A DNA stretch of 64,000 nt. It comes from Chlorokybus atmophyticus (lineage: Eukaryota; Plantae; Mesostigma and Chlorokybus algae). A program made the translations under genes and the position numbers. Under the pieces are notes generated by a model. That model ran no database searches, had not been told where the DNA came from, and saw nothing but the letters and a program-made list of their open reading frames with translations. The stretch covers positions 1,295,842 to 1,359,841 of the forward strand of contig RHPI01002533.1 in assembly GCA_009103225.1 (NCBI GenBank), read 5' to 3'. Below, one piece after another: positions 49,401 to 59,894 of the stretch (position 1 is its first letter; the number at the start of each line of letters is the position of its first letter).

Positions 49401-49415
49401 CAGAACGGCCCCCAT
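46413..49415 (-). CDS. AP3D1: AP-3 adaptor complex subunit delta
   Basis: MGAVLFQKGLGDMLKGMR; EIKSSD..KTTALQKLTYLHMMGYDMAWASFHVMEVMSS..KRIGYLAA; TNLLRKDL; YVRKKA; LEDTDPRV; WLVIK; EPRLAKKL; AKSLLYEC; DQNLRYLGL; EVQERAC. The last exon is ESSRELLAKHRQQHNQYYLPS*. Confidence 0.95.
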
Positions 49416-49483
49416 GCTGACGCCGACGACAGCCACCAACCACACCACATTGACACAGTCAGGCACCTTCTTATTGCGATAAA

Positions 49484-49539
49484 AGCCCTAATCGTTGTGA
49501 GCCACGCACAAGCAGTGCCCTCGCACACAAATTAGGGCT
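49484..49539. promoter_or_regulatory. Inverted pair of AGCCCTAAT (telo-box-like) motifs in the AP3D/HAS1 bidirectional promoter
   Basis: agccctaat at 49484-49492 and attagggct at 49531-49539 form a perfect 9-bp inverted repeat. Confidence 0.5.
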
Positions 49540-49593
49540 CACGGCAATACTCAACTGCGAAGCGGCGGCGGCGGCGGCGGCGGGGGTGGCGGC

Positions 49594-52500
49594 ATGGCGG
49601 AGGTAAAGCGCAAGCGGCCCAGGCGCAAGCCTGGCCAAGGGGTCGGGGACGGGGGAGCAGCTCCCCTCAAGAAGCTTAGGAAGCAGGAGTTATCGGAGCC
49701 GGAGGCTCGCTTGCTGGAGGAGGACGAGGATGCCGCTGGGCCGCCCGCGGCCTCTGCCGCTGCGGTGGAGGAGGCCTCCCCGCCCCCGGAGAAGCGCCAG
49801 CCTGCCGGCAATGCTGCGGACCATGATCAAGAACAGGGACGGCCCTCCAGGAATGGCAAGAACGTGGCGTTCGGCGTGGAGGTGGAGCGACGCATGGCGG
49901 TAGTCAGCGGGATCATGAGCCAGAGGGGCTTTGATACTCTGCAGCTGTCGCAGCAGACGCAGGTGTGGTAGACAGCCATCGTCTTGCACAATCGCCATGC
50001 ATGCTGGTTTTGTAATGCGGCTGTCGGGCTCTTTGCCACGCATTCCACTGTTCGTTGCAAGAGCCTATGTCATGTAAGGCGCATGTAAGCCAATTGACGC
50101 CAGTTCGTTTAGGACTGTGCAGTTGCATCATTTCATTCTGTTAGAATGGAGTGAACTGTCTGTAGTCGTCCCATTTCAAATCAATGCAGTTATTGTCGGC
50201 ACTAAAGTTACAGGCACATTGCTTAGTATGCTTCAGTGTGGTAAGCGTCGTGCAGCCACCAAACGTTTGTTTGCAATGCAGGATGCGGTCAAAGACATGG
50301 GCTTCACGCACATGACTGAAGTGCAGGCGCGCACAATACCAGCGTTGATGCAGGGCAGAGACTTGTTGGGTGCGGCCAGGACAGGGTCCGGTAAGACCCT
50401 GGCGTTTCTCATACCAAGCCTAGAGCTGCTGTACAATGTCAAGTTCATGCCGCGCAATGGGACTGGGGTCATCATCATCTCTCCAACGCGAGAGCTTGCT
50501 CTGCAGGTGAGACATAGGCAGGGTTAACTTCTTGCACGTGTTCTTATCCACAGCTTGCCCGCATTATACCCTGCCTGACACAATGTTTTGCAGCCAAACA
50601 CTCATGCATGCGCATGGCAATCACTCCTAAAACAGATTTGCCTTGTTCTTGTGTCTACAGATATATGGTGTCGCACGTGATTTGTTCAAGTATCACAATC
50701 AAACTCATGGCATTGTCATGGGTGGTGCAAATCGTCGTACGGAAGCCGAAAAGCTTGTGAAGGGTGTCAACCTACTAGTTGCAACTCCGGGACGCTTGCT
50801 GGACCATTTGCAAAACACAAAGAACTTTATTTTCAAGAACCTCCAAGTGAGTATGCATGCTATTTAGTTCTGCAAGCTGTGGACTGGTGCTTACAGTGAA
50901 CCGGTATTGCAGTGCTTGGTGATCGATGAAGCAGATCGGATTTTGGAGATTGGGTTTGAGGAAGAGATGAGGCAGATTATCAAGTTGCTACCCAAGGTTA
51001 TTGACAACTCGTATCCTTGTGCAAGCAGCACGCACGTTCACACACATTGGGTGCTTACCTTTGTGCTATGCTGCGCAGGAGCGTCAAACCATGCTATTCT
51101 CCGCCACCCAAACTACCAAAGTGGAGGACCTCGCGCGCATCTCTTTCAAGAAAGCGCCGTTGTATGTGGGTGTGGATGACCAGAGGACTACGGTGAGTGC
51201 GGGTTTGTATAGTTGTACTGTCCTCCTTGGGGCCAGGCTGCTCTTAGTACTTGGTACTTAGTACTTTCAGCTCGGTATTATTGCTTAGTCCGCGCCTGCG
51301 CTGCCCATCGCTAGAGGGGCCCAGCTAGCCTCCACACTGGTCCTCGTAGATACCATGGGCAGAGCATTGCATACTGCTTGGTCTGGCCCGCTTGTTTACC
51401 ACACGGGTCAGCCACTCTAGCATGCAACACTGCCGCAAGCTGCAGGCACTTCTTCACTGTCGCACTGTGCCACTTTGAATCTGATCGCCCGCTCTGTACT
51501 TCAGGCCACGGTTGAAGGACTGGAGCAGGGTTATTGCGTTGTGCCTAGTGAGAAGCGGTTCCTGCTGCTGTTCACATTCCTTAAGCGCAATCTGAAGAAG
51601 AAGGTACCCACATACTCTGTTGAATAACTGTTGTGCTCTCTCTAACTCTGCAGCTGGCGTAGTTGCCCACAGACTGAGTACACAGGAGCGTCGTTGTACA
51701 GTGTGTTCATATTCTTCGCTGCATGGTTGCGCAGGTGATGGTATTTTTCTCCTCTTGCAACGCCGTCAAGTTTCATGGGGAGTTGCTGAACTATATTGAC
51801 ATCCCTTGCATGGACATTCATGGGAAGCAAAAGCAGCAGAAGCGCACCTCAACGTTTTTCGAGTTCTGCAGCGCAGATAAGGGCATTCTGTTGTGTACGG
51901 ATGTGGCTGCTCGCGGGTTGGACATCCCTGCTGTTGATTGGATTATCCAGTACGACCCTCCGGATGACCCAAAGGAGTACATTCATCGTGTGGGGCGAAC
52001 CGCGCGCGGCGAGGGTAGCCGAGGACGTGCATTGCTGTTCCTTACACCAGAAGAGATTCCCTTCTTGAAGTACTTGAAGAGTGCCAAGGTGCCGTTGAAC
52101 GAATATGAGTTTCCAGACAACAAGATCGCCAATGTGCAATCGCAGCTGGTGGGTGCCACTCTGCGTGGCAGTGTTTGTTGAAATGTCATCATGATTGCTT
52201 ATGCTGAGAACTTGATTGCAATGTGCTTGCAGGAGCGACTGATTGAAAAGAACTACTACCTGTATCAATCTGCCCGCGATGCGTACCGTTCCTACGTTCT
52301 TGCATACAACTCCCACCAACTCAAGGAAATTTTCAATGTGCATCGGCTTGACCTTCAGGTGTGCAAAGCCCGCCTGTCCTGTGCTGTTCGTTGCTGTTGT
52401 TGTATTGCATGCCGACAACAACCCCGCATGCAGGCTGTGGCGAAATCGTTTGGGTTCTCTGGGCCACCCAAGGTCAATTTGAACTTGGAGAGCAAAGCCA

Positions 52501-52643
52501 AGAACGCCAGGGTGAAGCCCGCACTGCCCGGTATGAAAGGGAGCTCGTGGAAAAAAGGCGTCCGGTCTGGACACGCGTTCAGCGCTGACAACCCGTACGG
52601 AAAGAAATCTGCGGGTGATAAACGCCAGTTTGTGCGCATCTAA
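49594..52643 (+). CDS. HAS1: DEAD-box RNA helicase HAS1/DDX18
   Basis: Q-motif GFTHMTEVQ; [13 protein letters not shown]; SPTRELALQ; [12 protein letters not shown]; DEADRIL; LFSAT; HGKQKQQKR; TDVAARGLD; [11 protein letters not shown]; [21 protein letters not shown]; [11 protein letters not shown]. Confidence 0.97.
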
Positions 52644-53409
52644 GTTGCTTGGTAGTAGTCAACCGGGCCTTTTGAGTGCCGTGCTGTAGCTAGTTATGTC
52701 TTAGCATTTATGGTGTGGTGTTGAGTTGCAGCAATTGGGTGCTGTTTGACTATAATGAGAATTGTTCAGCCAACACATGGTTGGCTAGCAACTTTGTTGG
52801 GTAAACCTGTCGTTGGACCAAGGTAGCAGTACAAGGGAAATGTGATTTGTAAGCTCGGTACTTTGGGTTGGTTGCGCTGCTAGAATTGCTGTGTTGCCAG
52901 CGCCATGTAGCACTCTTGCGCATGGATAGAGATTGTTGATATTGTGACTTACATGGTTTGATGCAATCATTAAGAAACTTGAGGCTAGCTTGTGCACCAC
53001 ACGCCAATGCCAGCAGCAGAGACCAAGGTGCAGTACACGCACAAGAAGCAAGGCAGGTACGCGTCGTGGTTGATTGGGTAAGCATCGTGTGCAGGTGACT
53101 GCTACCAGACACTTTAATGATGCAAGGGAAGGTTGGTATTTCTGGACATTGAGCGTTTGCTAAGCCTCAGCCTCCTGCTCACGATGGTCACGTCATGTCT
53201 CGTGAATCGTCACGCAAGATGTGACGCGTTACCAAGTCACTGCCTGCCATTTCTTCCGCCACCTGTCTCTCGTCTCGGCGCATTTGCATTGCGCGGGGTT
53301 GTTGGCCACCAGCGGGGGGACGGACGCGCCGGGGTGGGCGGGCGGGCGGGAGAGGCGGGGAGAAGTGGGGAGGAGGGGCGGGGGCGGGGGTGGCCGCAGG
53401 TGCGCTTCA

Positions 53410-56400
53410 ATGGCGGCCTCTGGGGTGATGCCGCCCTACCCCGAGCGCTTCCACGTCGCAGCAGCCTACGCAGGGATCTCGACCGCAGCGGGAGGGAAGG
53501 ATGGGGCGGCGGCAGCCTCGGGGAAAGCTGCCGGAGGCGGCGGGGGGCCCGCCATGACAGACGAGACGCGACTACTCCTGCACTCGCTGTTCCAGCAGGT
53601 CAGGAAAAAGAGAATGGCACCGCCATGTTGCGGTTTGATTGAGTGCCACGGCCAACAATGTGCCTCGAACATGCCAGTGGATCACCTCGTTGCTGCAGCG
53701 CAACGCACTTGCCATCACAACATCAGCTTCAAACAACAACACACTCTTGTGACCTAGATACCAAGATAAAACCGCTTACAATGCGCTGCACACATTCCAC
53801 ATGCTTGGAGTCATGCCAGTGAGTCATTTCCCAGAGTCAGTGCCGGAATGCACACAACGTGTTGCGCCTTGTGTTGTTGCACTGAGTGCACTGCAGTGCA
53901 AGCTTCATGTTTACGAGCAACTGCAACTGCATGCCACTCACTTTCTCAGACAGGTTATGAACAACCTTCTCTGCTGTGTTAGGCGACGGTCGGGCCTTGC
54001 GGGGACTCAAAGCCGTGGAGTTGGAACGTCGTGGAAAGGGCCAAGTGGGAAGGGTAGGTGCATTGCAAACAACAGGTACACAGAGGTCCACATGCGCATG
54101 TAGTAACGTTTTGTCCCTCTGCGCAGGTGGAAGCAGCTTGGGCAAATGCCCGCAGTTGAGGCCATGCGCCTGTTTGTGCGCACCCTTGAGGTGAGCTTTT
54201 ACTTTATGCAGTTGTGTGGTACACTTGTGCGCGCGCATGGTACGACATTAACATGCACCAACACATTACGCACATTGTGTAACAGGAGGAGCAGCCGGAT
54301 TGGTGGACCAAGTCAGAAGCGGTGCGTTGTAGCACATTGCTGTGTGTTTGTCATGGCTAGCAGCGCAACCTTTTGTGCACTCCATTCAAACAGTCACCAT
54401 TGTTTCTTGTGTATAATAGCTGAGGAGCCCCGTGACGCCGCCCGTGGCCAACGGGAACGCGGCAGACCACCACGACACGGCGGGGAGCGCGGGTCCCAGT
54501 GGCTCGAGCGACCGCGAACAACACGCGAGCCTGCCCGAGGGTCTTGCCGCCGTGCGCACACTCGACTGCTGGATCGCCCCCTTCCTTATCGGGAGAAAAC
54601 CCACACCGCGCTACCAGGTACGTATTAACATGGCATAGGGTTATAGCCGGGTTTCATAAAACTAACCAGCATTCATCTAATGTCCCTTAATATGCGAGTG
54701 CACTACAGCGCTGTGGTTAAACTCAACTGATGCCTGTCGTGTGCAGCACGCGTCGGTGGTGGTTGGCGATAAGATGTATGTCATCGGCGGCAACAGCTTT
54801 GGGCGTTACTTGAACGACGTGGCGGTGCTGGACCTGGTCAACTTGAGCTGGTCGCGCGTGGACGCCACAGCATCCCAACAAGTCTCACCATCATCAGCAG
54901 CAGGAAACGACACTGCTGAGAAGTCCACAACCCCGCCGCTTCCGGCGTGCGCCGGCCACGACCTCATTGCGTGGGACGGCAAGCAGATACTCCTCATCGG
55001 CGGGCACAGCAAGCAGCCGGCTGCAACGGTCTCCGTGCGAGCTCTTGACACGGAAGCCATGGCGTGGTCCGTGTTGGACGTGACGGGCAAGCTTCCCGTC
55101 GCGCGGGGGGGACACACCGCCGTGCGGGCGGGCTCGAGAGTGATCCTGTTCGGAGGTGAAACGCGTGACAGGCGCCTGCTCAACGACGTGCATGTGCTCG
55201 AGTTGAACACAATGACGTGGTCGGCGTTGGAGACGACGGGAAAGGCACCCTCCCCACGCTGCGATCACGTCGCCACGGTCGTGGCCAACAGGTACATGTT
55301 CGTGTTCGGTGGCGGGTCCCACTCGGTGTGCTACAACGACCTCCACGTGTTGGATTTGGAGGACAACATGTGGCGGACGCCCGAATGCAAAGGCTCCCCG
55401 CCGTCCGCGCGTGCAGGCCACGCCAGCGCGACGATTGGCGACAAGTGGTACGTTGTGGGCGGCGGGAACAACGCGACGGGGCTGACCGACACGGTGTCGC
55501 TGGACACGACATCGTATACGTGGAGCTCTGTGGCCACCGCACCGCCGCGGACGGCTATTGCAAGTGAGGGACTCACTGTCGCGGCCGTGCCTGGCGCAGA
55601 CGGCTGCCTCGTCGCCTTTGGGGGATACAACGGCAAGTACAGCAGCGACACGCACGTGTTCAAGCCCACGCCCGTGAGACACGCTTCTCCCAGACAAGCA
55701 GCGGTGGCATCATTTGCAGCAGCAAGTGTGTCCGACTCGGCACAGCAGCAAAGAATCGAAGTAAACGACCGTACAGAGCCTGCTACTAATACAACTCAGA
55801 AAGAAGCTGTGGCGTCCAATGGCCACGAGTTGAAGCTTGTTGGTGATAGCAGCAGCAAGACAGCAGCGGCGTCCCAATCGGTGGAAGTGAAGCCGCAGCA
55901 GGTTGAGAAGCGTGCGGAACAACAGGCGTCGGGAGACAAGGCGGTGGCCGTGCTGTTTGAGCAAGTCAGCTCGTTGACTGCGGCGCGGGACGCCGCGCAG
56001 CAGGAGGTGGCTTCGCTGAGGAAACAGCTGCAAGAAGCAAGACTGGCAGCGGCTCAGAGTGACACGGTTAGCCGATCGTCCCCTTTGGCTGACCTCGCGT
56101 GTTTGGGTCTTGTGTGGGTTACTTACACTTTTCCTTGTCATGGCAGGATGCCACCGCAGCGCGTGACGAGTTGGCTTCAGAGCGCGCAAAGACTTTCAGA
56201 CTGGAGGTGCATGTGTTTCCATTGCTCAAACAAGAACACAAACTGTTGTTTGTTTGTCCAGGCTGCCTGGTCGTTTGGGAGTAACACCTACTGTCTGCGC
56301 TTCCATCACACATGTCGAGTGGCAGTCTCATTCGTGCTGAAGTTGCAACTGCTCTACAGGTTGAGGTGGCGGAGCTGCGGCAACGGCTCACGCGGGCGGA

Positions 56401-56551
56401 AACCCTATCCCGCGAGTTGGAGGTTGCGAGGAGGCGAGAGCAGGAGCTCACGCAGGCCGCGGCCGCGCAGAAACAATCGTCGGGCGGGTTGTGGAACTGG
56501 ATCGCGCCGCAGCCGCCCGCCGGCAAGTCCTCCAACAGCGAGGAGAGCTAG
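53410..56551 (+). CDS. ACBP4: Class IV acyl-CoA-binding protein (ACB domain + kelch repeats + coiled coil)
   Basis: YPERFHVAAAY; LLLHSLFQQATVGPC; WKQLGQMPAVEAMRLFVRTLEEEQPDWW; KPTPRYQHA; kelch repeats (MYVIGG, RGGHT, PRCDH, ARAGHA, WYVVGGGNN, AFGGYNG); C-terminal coiled coil ending GGLWNWIA. Confidence 0.95.
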
Positions 56552-57318
56552 CCAGTAACGGCGCACGGACTATATACGCTTGTAACGTTACAGGGTATGC
56601 TGTGATTGAGTGGGGTTGGGTGCGAGGCGTACATTCGCAGCATAAGGAGAAGTTTTGCCACTCATTGCGCAAGAAAATGGATACGATGTTGCTTACTGCT
56701 GGAAGTCTGTGATGCGAAAGACAACTTGCCATGCATGACCCGCTGGCGACAGAGTGAAATGGCGGAACGCTGATACTATCTGTGCAAATAATAGTTTGAA
56801 CATTGCGCACTCATGATCCCTTGCAGTCAACTTAATGCTGCCCGCTAGATAGTGGCGAAACCACTTTCATCCCATGTAGGCTTGGTGCGGTGCACCGCCG
56901 CAGCACGTCCTACTGTGTCTACACCATGCGCACTGCAAGTAGTTATACCTGACAAGTGTGCCTGCTCACTTCCATACGCAGCAAGTCATGACCACTTGCG
57001 CGCAGTCCAATGCCCATAACGCCATCGTCAATGTGCTGCAGAACATGGTTATCATCAGTCTTATCGACATTGTTTACATGTTCAATCATCATTGTCAATT
57101 TAAACATGTGCTGTGACACAGGCTTGCTCGCTGGCTTTGCTTGCGCTGACTGCACTTCCCCTGGCCTGCTTTTGGTGTTGTGCCGTCTCAAGCTCTAGCG
57201 GTTTGCCTCTGTGCGCCATGCTCTGAGGCTCAACTGGTGTCGGCAGGAGCACACAGGCCAGCAAGCACACATGGATTCTCAGCTGCCTCTGTATGTGAGG
57301 AAGCCACTTGACGACGGT

Positions 57319-59722
57319 TCATGCCAGTGCGGTGCGACGCGCGAGTGTATCAAGGTTTGCTTGCGAGAAGTGCTGTATCGTTCGCATCGCTCCCTCCTTG
57401 ACGAGCAGCCTCAGTTGGTCAGCCACTTCGCCGCAGAACTGCGTGGCATCCATCACCCTTTTCCCGAACGCAGCTTCCAGGAATGGTTTCGGGTCCATCG
57501 TGTCGCATGCGGCTTCGGCGAGGGGCCGCAGCTGCTCCCTGAGTGGGTCCAATACATCGATGGGTGAGTCGCTCTCGTCGCGGCCCGTCATGTAGCGCAG
57601 CCAGCCAGCAATGGCGAGCGCCAGAGCCGACACGGGATGGTTGGAGTCGAGGAGATGGTACACGCAAGGGAGGGCGTATCCGCGGAGCTTGGGCGTACCG
57701 TCTTGCGTCAAACGGATGATCTGTGTTGAGACAACCCAACAGCACGTGTGAAGGTGTGTCGCCAGTCGGTGGTCATGAGGGTGGATGAACAGTGTGAGTG
57801 TTCATACCCACCTGATCGCCGATGTACTTGTTACCGAACCGCTCGAGAAGCTTGTCTCCATACTCTACGACGTCGATGCCCGGCACCTCGGGCAGCGTGG
57901 GTATCACCTGCAGACACACGCTGAGAACGAGAGTACGCGTGCTTGTGCACGACAAGCAAGCACATGCATGTGTGTACCTGCGTCATGTAGGTGCGTACAT
58001 ATCGGTGCATGTGTGTATCGGCCATGGCCTCGTGCACGAGTCTGAAGCCCGCGAGGTAGCCCGCGTAGCACATGGCTGAGTGTCCTCCGTTGAGCATGCG
58101 CAGCTTCATCAACTCGTACGGCTCCACCTCATCCACAACCAACACGTTCTCCAACTCTTCCCACGGCGGCCTCCCCATCGAGAACTTGTCCTCAATCACC
58201 CACTGGATGTAGTCCTCGGCCGGGACGGGCCACATGTCCACGAGGCCGTGCTGTTCTTCAAGCACACGTCTGTCGTGGTCAGATGTGGCGGGCGTGATCC
58301 TGTCCACCATCGAGTTGGGGAAGCATGTGTGTTGGCGTATCCACGCGGCGAGGGTGGGATCGATGCGCTCGGCGAACTGCAGCGTGACGTCGCGCGTGAT
58401 GTGGCCGTTGCCGGGGAGGTTGTCGCACGACATCACCGTGAACGAGGGCGTGTTGTTGTCCCGCCTTCTTGCCAGGGCCGACACGACATAGCCAACAGCT
58501 GTGATAGGGTTGTCTCTATTGGCCTCGGTGAGGTCGTGCGCCACGCTCGGGTGGTCCCAATCCAACGTGTGCGTGGTCGCGTTGTAATGGTATCCTTTTT
58601 CAGTAACTGTCAACGTGACTATGCGCGTGCGCGGGTCCGCCATCTGCGCGATGAGGCGCTCCGGTTGTTTGACAGCGTGTATGAAGTCCACGATAGAGCC
58701 GACGACGCGTGGTTTGCGCGGACCCGCTGGGCCGCGCACGAGCAGCGTGTAGAGGTTGTCTTGTTCATGCATGGTCTCGGCCATGGCGACGTCGGAGTCG
58801 AGGAGACCCGCGCCGCAGATGCCCCACTCGCGCATGGCAGTGTCGGAGCCGTGCTTGCGAAGGAGGTCGTCCGCGTACACGGCCTGGTGAGAGCGGTGGA
58901 AGTTGCCGACGCCAAGGTGCACGATGCCCTGCGTGCACGCTGACAACGGTCACAACGGTGCAAGGAGCGGTTTGTCATGGAGGCATAAACTGCGTGTGGT
59001 TCGATGATGTCGGGAGCACACATGGTTGCTGCTATGCTTCAACATGCAGACCCACAAACAGCATTATGCAACTAGAAGTAGTAGTGCGTGTGCTGTTGCA
59101 TTGGCGCTGTGCGACTGCAGAACACGAACAACTCGCTGGCATGCATTGCGGGAGATGTATGCGTGTGGACAGAATGTCGGTGACCGTGATGGTGTCACTA
59201 AGCGTTGTCTTGTCTTGTCGTAAATACGATCGCATGGCCAGGATGACAGTAGACGCTGCACGCGCAGGGCAACAATGCGCAAAGAGATTGCACGAGAACG
59301 CCAACGGCACGCACAAGACCAAGAAGTCTGGAAGAGACCATGATGATGAGTGCGGCATTGCCTCGACTGACCAATGCGCATGCAGTCTGGTTTCACTTGC
59401 TTATCCATCTACTGGCGGCCCCAATAACGCAGCTGCTCGAGCGAGCCACGCTGAACGTGCATTGCATTGTCTTCGCCTCCGGGCCTTCTTTTTTTTTCGA
59501 AGCAAGTGACTACGAGTAAGGGAGGGGAGAGAGCGAGTGAGTGAGCACATTCAAGAGATTCACCATGCTGAGTGCTTGTCGGTCATAGCCTGGCACGTCC
59601 ACGGCGCCCCTCTCCCGGATCGCCTCCAGCTGCGCATGGCAGAGCTTCAGCGCGGCGGCGGCGGGCCCGTCATCGCCACGACGAGCTGCCGCCTCGCTCC
59701 TGCCGCCCTGCTGCTCCTCCAT
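57319..59722 (-). CDS. Long-chain mannitol 2-dehydrogenase / fructuronate reductase family enzyme
   Basis: VPGYDR; GIVHLGVGNFHRSHQA; TLTVTEKGY; SCDNLPGNG; FPNSMVDRITP; EDYIQWVIED; YELMKLRMLNGGHS (catalytic Lys, Asn); RFGN..DQ; DGTPKL; AGWLRY. Three canonical introns. Confidence 0.93.
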
Positions 59723-59894
59723 CCCGCCGCCTACTCCCCGCCTGTCTACCCATGGGTGCATGCGATTGTGAATGCGTCGCAAATCACCTCGCAAAAGGTT
59801 GTTGGTGGTGGTGAGCCGGCGCGGCGGGGAGGGAGCAGCAGCGGCAGCAGCAGCAGCAGCGGCGGCGCTGGGCGTTGAGGACGGAGGAGGAGCG

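Noticed and set aside
58080-58943. Long antisense ORFs such as 58080-58943(+), 54894-55697(-), 33143-33652(-), 51849-52574(-) and 62786-63352(-)
   Set aside because: These are shadow ORFs of GC-rich coding exons on the opposite strand, with no independent motifs.
59340-59454. ATGATGA...CTGA...CTGA, resembling a C/D-box snoRNA
   Set aside because: It is antisense to the host intron, has no terminal stem and no evident rRNA guide. I found no convincing snoRNA in the nucleolin or HAS1 introns either.
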